This document shows positions 35,778 to 45,445 of a stretch of DNA of 64,000 nucleotides, in pieces. Every line of letters starts with the position of its first letter. The first letter of the stretch is position 1. A program made the position numbers and the translations under genes. A model generated the notes under the pieces. It was not told where the DNA came from. It did no database searches and saw nothing but the letters and a program-made list of their open reading frames with translations. Source of the DNA: Marsupella aquatica (Eukaryota > Plantae > Marchantiophyta); NCBI GenBank assembly GCA_973895155.1, contig OZ316892.1, positions 5,736,476 to 5,800,475 on the forward strand, in the 5' to 3' direction.

Positions 35778-38700
35778 ATGTCTTCCTTTGACACCACGAA
35801 TATCTCCTTCTCAGATAGTGAGAAGCTGGTAGGAGCACTCAACTACATTATCTGGGCCTTTCATGTCGAACAAGTCCTACGTGAGAGAGGGCTGTGGTAC
35901 GTGGTCGATCCTTCTGCTCAGCCTGTCACCAATGGGCAATCTGGAGCAGGGGGAGTGAATCCATAGAACTTAGGATCAACCACAGCCACCAGCAGCACGA
36001 CGGGAGCCCCAAGCAGCACGACAGGAGCCACCAGCAGCACAGCTGCAGCTGGACCCATCGTGGACCCGCTTCAGAAAGACAAAGAGCGGGTAATCATAAT
36101 TCTTACCAAAGCTTCCATTGTCTCTATATTTCCTATCATTAGGAAACTGCGCACGGACCCAGCTAAGCTCTGGGCCACTCTTAAGCAGAAGTTTGAATCC
36201 ACCGCGATTCAGCGGAAACTAGATCTTAAAACTTCCCTTGTTGAGTTCAAGTTGCCTGAGGGGGGATCCGTTGAGGAATACCTCAAGAAAATTGAACATC
36301 ATGTGATGCAGCTAGCTTCAATAGATGAAGAAATTCCCGACAAGGAGCTCATTCAGATTGTACTGCGTAACCTTCCGGCTAGTTGGGCGTCATTCAAATC
36401 TGTTTATGGTGTCCTATATTCCAAAGATACTACCGCTACCTTTGCAGACTTTGAAGAGTACCTCCAGGCTGAGGAGTTCAGCCGGAAGCCTCTTGGAGAC
36501 AATGTGGAACACTCTCTAGTGGCTGTTTCAAGCGACAATAAGCGTGAAGCTCCGACACCCCACCATGGAGATCCACGTAGGGACTACAACCATGGTGGGA
36601 GAGGTCGTGGTCGAGGCAGGCTCAACCGGTGGGGGCCCAGGAACACTGCACCACGAGCTTTCGCTGGCAGGCCATCCTGCAACTACTGCGGATAAGAAAG
36701 GACACTGGGAACTTGACTATTTCGAGAAGCAGGCCTACGCTGATATCAAGTCCATGTCTCCCACTCAGATGAGAGAGTTAACTCAAAGCATCAAGGACAT
36801 CAAAGGTCTTGGACCCAAGTCTTACCTGACTACCCACAGCGACATTGGGGATAGTGACTCTGAGAAGAACAGTGCACCCACTGATGATCAGTCAGCTCTC
36901 ACAGTTGAAGCGATGCTCAGTGAGTTTGACGACACTTGCCTTGACAGTCACACCTGGGTCCTTGATAGTGGCGCCTCCACTCACATTAGCCGGGATAAAA
37001 GCAACTTCATCTCACTTCGTGGCAACTCGTCTAAGTCCAACGTCTTAAGTGCCAGCGGATCCAAGATGCCTGTGGCCGGATCCGGTTGTATTCCTATTTC
37101 AAGCAATAAAGCAGTCTCCGATGTTCTTTACGTCCCTAGTATTACAAGGAACCTTCTCTCCATTGGGAAGCTTACCGACCAGGGACACTCCGTCATCTTC
37201 AACTCGTCAAACAGCTATATTCTAGATCAACAACGACCACACAAGGTACGTCTCAAAGGAACACGAGATCCACTGAGTAAGTTGTATAAATTACAGCTTC
37301 CCTGTAGCGCAGCTGACCAGCCCGAATGCTCTCAACGGCGACTGCTCATGCACTCAAGTCTGACGTCCCAATGTCATCTATCGGAATCACGACTCTCTAC
37401 ATCTCAATTATGGCATCAGCGTTTGGGCCACTCTAGCTCTCAGAGAATTGCTCACATGACTCGACACAATCTTGTTGCTGGAGTCCCTCCGTTGTCCTCT
37501 GAAGACCACATTTGTGAGACATGTGTGAAGGGAAAGCAAACCCGTCACAAAATTCCTAAGGCTGCCACTTCTCGATCACAGAGGCCTTTGGAGTTGATCC
37601 ACACAGACCTATGTGGACCTTTTCCTGTACCAGCACTCTCCGGCGCAAGGTACATTATCACCTTCACTAATGATTATTCTAGATTTATGTGGGTCCATTT
37701 TCTCAAGCTCAAAAGTGAGGCACTTGAGTCCTTTAAATCCTTTAAAGCACAAGTTGAAGTCGCCTTTGAGTATAAAATAGCATGTGTCCGTAGTGATAGG
37801 GGTGGCGAGTATACATCAGAGTTATTTCGTTCATTCTGTCTGACTCACGGCATATCTCGCCAACTAACTATTGCGAGAACCCCATATCAAAATGGGGTTG
37901 CTGAAAGAAAGAATCATACCCTCCTAGACATTGCTAGGTCACTAGCCTTCGGCTCCAATGCTCTTGCATTTCTCTGGGAGGAACTAGTTCGCACCGCCAA
38001 TCACATCAACAACCGTTGCAGCACTCGCGCTCTTAATCTTTCCACACCCTTTGAATGCATGACATCTACGAAGCCTGATCTAGGCCATTTTCGGATCATT
38101 GGTAGCACTGCACACGTTCACATTCCCGCAGCTCTACGCAACAAACTAGAGGCGAAGTCCATTAAGTGCGTTCTACTTGGCTATGATGACCAAAGCAAGG
38201 CTTACCGTTGCTATAACCCAGCCACTCAAAAAATCCTCATCTCCCGCGACGTTATAATTGATGAATCTACTCTTGGCGATTTCCTCCCCTCACCCATGGA
38301 CCACTCTGAAAGTCTATTTGATCTCTTCTCGTTTGACGCAAGTGACTCCCTGATCTTTGTCCCTCCAAGTCTCTCGGGCCATCTTAACTCTAGTTGTCCC
38401 GCAACGGATCCGTCTGAGCCTTCCTCTATTAGCTCAGATTCCCCCCCGGACTCCTTAGATCTACCTCCGGATCTTCCCCCGGCACCACTCCGACGGGCTC
38501 GCCATCGCAATACTGAGCGCACACGGCCACCCTCCGGGCGTCTAACCTCCTTTCCGCGTAAATACGATGATTTTCATGTCTCGCTTGAAGCTGAGATCTC
38601 TGCACTCTGCACCGCCCTCATTGCAGACTCCAGTAACGATATACAACTCAGTGCCGCCCTTCAAGATCCGCGTTGGGTCGAGGCTATGCAATCCGAGCTT

Positions 38701-40237
38701 CAAGCACACGAAAAAAATGGCACATGGGATCTTGTCAATCTTCCTCCGGGGGAGAAGGCCCTATCTGCTCGATGGGTGTTAAGGGAGAAGATTGATCATG
38801 CGGGAAACTCAAAATTCAAGGCTCGAGTAGTGGCCCGTGGCAACGAGCAAAGAGAGGGGCTTGACTATGATGAAACATTTGCACCAGTCGTTCGGTGGTC
38901 AACAGTCCGCCTCATTGTTGCCCTTGCTGCCGCACATGGGTGGCCTCTATTGCATATGGACAGCGTTTCTCAACAGCACCCTACGGGAACTCATTTACAT
39001 GAAACAACCACCGGGCTTTCTCATGCCAGGACATGAAGAGCTTGTCTGTCGACTACGAAGATCCATCTATGGCCTCAAGCAAAGTCCAAGGGAGTGGTAC
39101 AAGGAAGTAGATGCCTTCCTCAGGTCAATTGGATGCACCCGAAGCTCTCTTGACCCAAATCTATATTTCAAAGAGCAAGACGGGAAAACCGCAATCATTC
39201 TACTATTTGTAGATGATCTGCTCATTATCGGGAGTGGACAACATCTCATTGCTGAACTCAAGACGCAACTACAGTCCAAGTATGAAATGAAAGACCTTGG
39301 CACAGCCCGACGCTATCTTGGAGTAGACTTCCATCAGTTTGATGACGGCATACTACTACATCAACAATTCTATGCTGACCAACTAGTCCACGAGTACGGG
39401 ATGGAAGATTGTCAACCAACTGCTACACCACTGCCAGAAGGTCTAGAGCTATCTGCTGAGACCAACACACCTGACATAGATGTCACGACATACTGCAAGC
39501 TGGTAGGAAAACTCATCTATCTCACCAACACCAGGCCCGATGTTTCCTTTGCTGTTGGACTGATCAGTAGATTCATGAGCCGACCTCAGCAAGCTCACTT
39601 TGATGCAGCTATGCACATAGTCAGATACATCAGAGGGACAACTGATCACGGTGTGTTCTACAAGAGAGGGAGCTCACTAGAGATTCAAGGATACACAGAT
39701 GCAGACTGGGGCAACTCCTGCCCAGATACACGTAGATCCACGGGTGGATATGTTCACAAAGTAGCAATGGGTCCCGTAGCATGGAGCAGCAAACGGCAGC
39801 CCACAGTCTCACGCTCAACCACGGAAGCTGAGTATAGAGCACTCTCCGACGGTACTCAAGAAGGAGTTTATCTGAAAAGACTCATTGAAGAACTACAGAG
39901 ACACCAAATCGCACCCGGCAGTCTCAAGCACACCAACTTGGAAATATCGGTAGATCTCGAGAATTCCATCGTTCCCACGCTACAGGACTTACACATGCAT
40001 TGCGATAACATGAGTGCAATCAAATTGGCCAAAAATCCAGTATTTCACGCTAGGACAAAGCATCTCGAAATACATCACCACTTTATTAGGGAAAGAATAT
40101 TAGAAGGAGAAATCTCGGTACAACATGTGAGGTCCAACGAACAGGTTGCCGACATCCTGACTAAAGCTCTCCCTAGAGCAAAGTTCTGCAGAAACCGTGA
40201 TCAACTCGGCATGAGATCCCTTGCTCAAGTTTGTTGA
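35778..40237 (+). pseudogene. Copia B gag-pol, disrupted
   Basis: ATG at 35778. In-frame TAG at 35964. Frameshift near 36690 in the Zn knuckle (CNYC..KGHWELDY, last Cys changed to Tyr). Integrase FTNDYSR (D to N). Frameshift/deletion near 38960 in the RT HMD..TAFLN motif. FVDD and RNase H motifs intact. Confidence 0.95.
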
Positions 40238-40259
40238 CAATATCACGATGCTCTGCTAT

Positions 40260-40769
40260 TCAATTTTTGAGCTCTAATCCTGGCGGGCACCATTGCGCTG
40301 CATATACATATCTGCCTCCTGCATGTCTTGTTCTAAAGGACTTGAATTTGTTCCCTCTATAGCCACTAACCAGCGGCTCTGTTTCCTCCCACGTCATATA
40401 CACTCCTGGACGTCGACCTCGGGCTACTGCATAATATCGACGTGGAGGGTCCCTCGACACATCTGGGATCATTGCAACTGGAACTCCCATTACTGGTGGC
40501 CAAGATTCTCGATTCACCTCATCTCTCCATTGAGCAACTCCTGACTCCCGATGGACCGGAGTCCGTTGTAACTCCACTGCTGTATGCACCACTTCCGGTC
40601 TACTATTTACCTGAGTCACGCGTGCATCTTGTTGTCTGGTACTTAACCTCTCCTCGCGACCACATCTGAAGGAGTCTACCAAGAACCGTGCCAGTGCAGA
40701 CAAGATGTCTAACATCGCAAGAAGGAATTGGAATGATGTATCACGTAGTGCATTGCCTGCCGGTGCCAT
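40260..40769 (-). CDS. Antisense accessory ORF of Copia B: hydrophobic helix plus RNase H1 hybrid-binding / Cauli_VI domain, with a probable 4-nt insertion near the C-terminus
   Basis: RRYYAVARGRRPGVYMTWEETEPLVSGYRGNKFKSFRT. Removing 4 nt near 40325-40328 gives FRT-MQEADMYM, which aligns with FRTLAEAEQFM of Copia A. Confidence 0.82.
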   Translation of the reverse strand: MAPAGNALRDTSFQFLLAMLDILSALARFLVDSFRCGREERLSTRQQDARVTQVNSRPEVVHTAVELQRTPVHRESGVAQWRDEVNRESWPPVMGVPVAMIPDVSRDPPRRYYAVARGRRPGVYMTWEETEPLVSGYRGNKFKSFRTRHAGGRYVYAAQWCPPGLELKN

Positions 40770-40867
40770 CTTCTTTCTGGACCTGTCTGCCTGGGAGTAT
40801 TGCCTCCTTTGGCACTTCGACGTTGCATATCTTCTCTCTCTATATGCGTGATGAGGTCAAGAGGGGG

Positions 40868-41203
40868 TGTTGAAAATCTACGTACATACATTGTTCTCGG
40901 GTTCTACCCTCATCACACCAACTGCACCACTTAATTAGTGAACCGGTGATCAACTGTAAATTGATTAACAGCTGCTGGATATTCTTTACTATTGTCGCTT
41001 GACAGATCAGCTGTCACCCATTTTTAGTTCTCTAGGACAAAGTCCCCCCTTGGACCCGCTCCTGTGTGACGGACGCATTCTAGCCCTTCGATGATTCTCA
41101 TCCTAAGGCCAGGTTAGCAAGCCGCTTAACGGCTGTTTCTCTCTCTGTGTATAATTTCTCTCTTTCACGAGGGCACATCAAGCATTCTCAGAAAATTTCT
41201 ACA
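40868..41203 (+). repeat. 3' LTR of Copia B
   Basis: Direct repeat of 35373-35717, preceded by the PPT and followed by TSD TTTGT. Confidence 0.97.
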
Positions 41204-41693
41204 TTTGTACCATAAAGTTGCTTGAACCGAAGCAGCAAAAGCCCGACTGGAAAGTGAAGCTACACGCATGAATAGAAAGAGAGCGAGAGCACGACCGACC
41301 TCTTGAATGATCACTGACTCTTGAGGCTGAGCCACCACTTCGAGTTCAGTGAGAAATCCTGATCCGTCGGTATCTGAAGTGTAACCATGAGTTATTCTGA
41401 GTACTGGCAAGCAGGAATTGCGAAAACCGATACTAACTCCCAATCCAGAGCCCGATCCGGAGCTCTCGCTATTGAAAGCGATCTTGATCATGATGATGTC
41501 AGTGTATGGCTGCTTGACGAAGTGAGGAAATCAGAATTGAGGTATTCCACACAATGGGACATTCTCTGAAATCCCTGAAGCAGGTTTCGAGCGGTATAGC
41601 GATATTTGATAAAGTTTCACACATTTCGATACTCACCAAAACCCCCAGAGGATGCATGGGATCTCATCCTCATGGGATCGCTTCTACGAGACC

Positions 41694-41842
41694 AAGGGAG
41701 ACCACCCTATATTATTAAGCCTAAGTATTCCTCAATGACCCATAGTGTACAAGTACCGTGAGGGAAACGTGAAAAGAACCGTAAATGAGGGACTTAAATA
41801 GAAACCCTGAAATCCGGTCCAAACAATCAGTCGAAGGAAGCT
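41694..41842 (+). pseudogene. Organellar large-subunit rRNA fragment (mitochondrial rrn26-like NUMT)
   Basis: AAGGGAGACCACCC..AAGCCTAAGTATTCCTCAATGACC.ATAG.GTACAAGTACCGTGAGGGAAA.GTGAAAAGAACC..CCTGA..AACAATCAGTCGAAGGA corresponds to the conserved 23S-type AGTACCGTGAGGGAAAG region, here diverged. Confidence 0.75.
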
Positions 41843-42419
41843 GGCTAAGTATCCAAATGTGAATCTTGGAGTCTAACTTTAATTCGAATTATCTGAAGAG
41901 CTTGTATGGGGAGCTCAACGAGGCTGATCAAATGCAAAGGACATATAAGATGGTAACAACATGTCTGAAAGCACAAGGCTTTATGCATCTCATTATAATT
42001 TGGACTCATATGTATATGGATCTAGACAACAACTGGCCTGGGTCCGAACTCTTGAAACCGTTTGCGGTAGGGGACGAGGGTTCACCTGGATCTTCTCATC
42101 AGTTATCATTTCGCCCAATCATTGTGTGATTGGAGGATTCGATTTCGCCAGAGTCTTATTTTGGCCACCTGAGTCCTGGTAATGCATTACAGTAGCTTAA
42201 AAGTAGCGGCGGGACTGGCAGCCCACTGCCGGAGCAACAGGATGAAAGAAGGTTGTAAGAGAAAGCGAGTAGTGAACCAAATCAGAGTTCCTATTCAATT
42301 CATGGTCATCAGATGACATGGCTCTCTACAATGACGCGGGCAATGACGCATGTACTGGGCGAATATACAACTGCATGAACTAGCATAATTATGTTCTCAA
42401 AAACGTCCGAACTCCACGC

Positions 42420-43150
42420 TCAATGTCCACTCATCAGGCTTTACGTTGGATTGCTTCTGATGTGCTGGCCCTGCCATGCTGACTCGCTTCGGCATTCTCG
42501 CCTATTCGGTCTTGGGCCTCTTGGCTCTCAGACCTCGATCGGGCTGCCGGCGCTAATTGCTGAGGATTCGGCATGAGTGTATTGCGGGAGTTCGCGAGGG
42601 ACTCTTGAGTTCTTGTGGTGCTTCAACGTACAAGGCTTCCATCGTTCTTGGTTTCAGTTATTCACCTTGAGAGTCAATGTGGATACCTGTGAGTCTCTGG
42701 ATATCAAACAGTCGAGTTGCCTGAGTGTCTGGCGCTGCAATCGACTTCTTTTGCGCCAGACATTCCCTTTCGTTTGCTACCATATATGCATCCATAAACT
42801 AGAGAGCTTAGTCTCCAGAAATTGTCAAAACGTCGAATGGTTTGCTAGAATTCCAAAGTTTGCGGACTGCCATGTCTTTCGAGATTTGAAGATGCAAACT
42901 AATTATAGTGTAGCTATAATAATATATTTCATACAAAAGCAATTATATCTCAGAGTTACCTCCTATCACATGTCTTAGTGAATCAATTTATTTTCCAGTT
43001 CATTCTCTCAAACATCAATAGTTGACAGTTCTCAGTTACCAGCTGATCCTGGAGTGTTCCATCCAAGATTACATTCAAAAACCAGCCAGGCTACCTGAGT
43101 GTCCATAATTGGACACGTTTCGCCACTGAAAGTCATGCCCAAAACATGGC
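42420..43150. repeat. Diverged direct duplicate of ~59525-60200
   Basis: Collinear blocks including GGCTCTCAGACCT, GATATCAAACAGTC, CGCTGCAAT..ACTTCTTT, GAAATTGTCAAAA and TCCAAGATTACAT. Confidence 0.7.
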
Positions 43151-44243
43151 CAGGCCAATGAAAGTGATTCCCTTTTGCCATTGAACCGTCTTGGCTATGA
43201 AATATTGATGGCCAAAGGACGACCATGATATCAACGAAAGTGATTCTACATGCATTACAATTTTATTGAAAAATGAGTTCACTATTCACTAACCTACTTT
43301 ACATGATTTTCACCATTCATCGATAAATATCAATGGCTATGAACAAAGCTATAACTATTTTATCATCTCACTGTAGCACTATCCAAGTTTCTGTTTGGAT
43401 TGGCATTAAAGAATGTGTATAATCTGTGTGTCTGAACCAGACATTTCCTCTACACTTATCACACTAGTATTTTCAATTGTCACAGAAGTGGTAAGGCACA
43501 TAGGAGGCACAGTTTTCACCATTGAGAGTAACATCCAACGGATATGAATTAGTAGTGACATGGATTTTGTTCTAAATTTATAAAATTTGCGAGTCATCAA
43601 ACCGATAAAAAAAATCATCATTGCAAAGGTATACTCTATTCTTCTGCATTTCACACCTACATAATTGATCTCTTGCAAATTTGTAATTGCATGACAGGAT
43701 TTTCTTTTAAAGTCAAAATCTTTATTTTTCCATCATTCCACGCAAAACCAGTTGATTTTATTAGTATCTTTCCTCCCTGCTTTGCTCCATATTTAAGTAG
43801 CTCAACATGGTTACATTTTTGGTTGGCATTTTATGCGCTATTCTTCATGGAAGTTTAATTTATTCCACACATTTTACTATATAATACACTAAGCTACAAA
43901 ATCCCTCAGTAGGTCATCTTCAAGTTTCATTTTTATGGGTGATAACTTTTGGCCAAAAGCAAATTGCCCTAAAGTTTTTATAGGGTTGTGTAACGTTTTC
44001 TAACTTTCTGGTAGTGACATATATGATCAGTTTCAAGAGGAAAAATCAAGGATCATACATTTGGTAGTCCATAACTTTTGTTGGGCAACTTTAAAGTACT
44101 GGTAGTAAAGGTACATCAAGTTTGACACCCATTTGAAGAAATAACTTTTTTGTTGGTAACCTAGTAGTGAAGGTAAATACACTCTTGAGGTTTCAGCCCT
44201 GCAAGTAATCACACATCAAAATGTGATATTATAAGGGTCATGA

Positions 44244-45445
44244 TCTTATTTATAAAGCGCCAATTACAAGCTAGAGTTATGACGTAACTAGGCTTCTAGA
44301 GTGAAGCCTCTAGACGATAACTCTATTCCTCATCATGTGAATGAGAAACCTCATGACCCCGGGCTCATGACTATGATGTATGTCAAATGATAATCATGCA
44401 TGCTTTTTGTCATGATTTCTATTTGCATTAAAAAATGGTTTCTATATATGCATGCCCCCACCATAACATATGTGCATAGAAAGAGAGATGTGCATAGAAA
44501 AAAATAGTATGTTATGTATGATTATTGATATGATGACCTTTCATGATGGTTTTTTTTATAATTTATTAAACTGGCCACCACGGCAAAGACCAGCGAGGGA
44601 CAAAACAATACAAGCCAAGGGCCAGGACAAACCACAACCGACGCCATAATGCCAACACCACAACAGTCCTCAAAGCCATCTTCAGACAGAAGGGCCAAGA
44701 GGTAGCTAATACCAAAAACGAATACACACAACAGTAAGGCAAAGCATCTCCTAATGGTAAGGTGACCCAACACTGGCAAAAATGAGGTCCTAACAACAAA
44801 GACCCTGGCTAATCAATTCAATTGTGACTAGAACCCCTAGCAATCAAAGCAATGATTTCAATTAAAGTATGATGTGATAGTCTGGCCTTGTGCACACTGC
44901 TAGTCTGGTGAAGAGGAGCTTGAATGTGGACAGCAGCTCCCTGTAGAATGAGGTGCAAAGGATGCCTGGTAGTGTTAGCATGAAACGTACGTTGCCGCCG
45001 CTCAATCCAAATGCTACTAAGCATCTCATGATTGAGAAGGAGGAAGCCATGATTGTGCTTTTGGGACCGAATAACAGTGTAAACCTTACCAAAGAAGGAG
45101 CAACCAGCAGCCTTGTTTAGACTGGTGCCAACAGCAAGGAGTTCGAGTTGAGTCCAACAGGGTCTCAACCGTGGGCAGTCACAGAACAGGTGTTCAATTG
45201 TTTCAATATTCCCTTGGCAGGCTGTACAAAGGCCATCACTCATGGACCACTTCAAAGCACTCAAATTAGAAAAAAACCCTCCTTGGAGCACCTTCCAAAA
45301 AACAAACTTAACATTAGGAGAGGTCCATCCTTTCAATGAGATTAATATTTTTATCATTCAAAGAATGCAAGTAAGGTATATATTTGGTGATATTTTTATT
45401 GTCCTCCCGCCTATTCATGTTCAGAGAACATGTAGTCCGGGCTAG
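44244..45445 (+). mobile_element. Helitron-like element, copy 2, interrupted by a LINE fragment
   Basis: A|TCTTATTTATAAAGCGCC start and ..TAGTCCGGGCTAG|T end. Both flanks of the insert match 23169-23599. Confidence 0.7.
44552..45335 (-). mobile_element. 5'-truncated L1-type LINE (zf-RVT C-terminus, 3' UTR, poly-A)
   Basis: VKFVFWKVLQGG...GLCTACQGNIETIEHLFCDCP...IWIERRQRTF. AATAAA plus an A-tract on the minus strand at ~44550-44568. Confidence 0.85.

Larger units (their letters stand above)
35373..41203 (+). mobile_element. Full-length but defective Ty1/Copia LTR retrotransposon B (5.8 kb)
   Basis: LTRs at 35373-35717 (345 bp) and 40868-41203 (336 bp) differ by a 9-bp indel and one visible substitution. 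5-bp TSD TTTGT. PBS TGGTATCAGAGC at 35718-35729. PPT AAGAGGGGG at 40859-40867. Confidence 0.98.
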
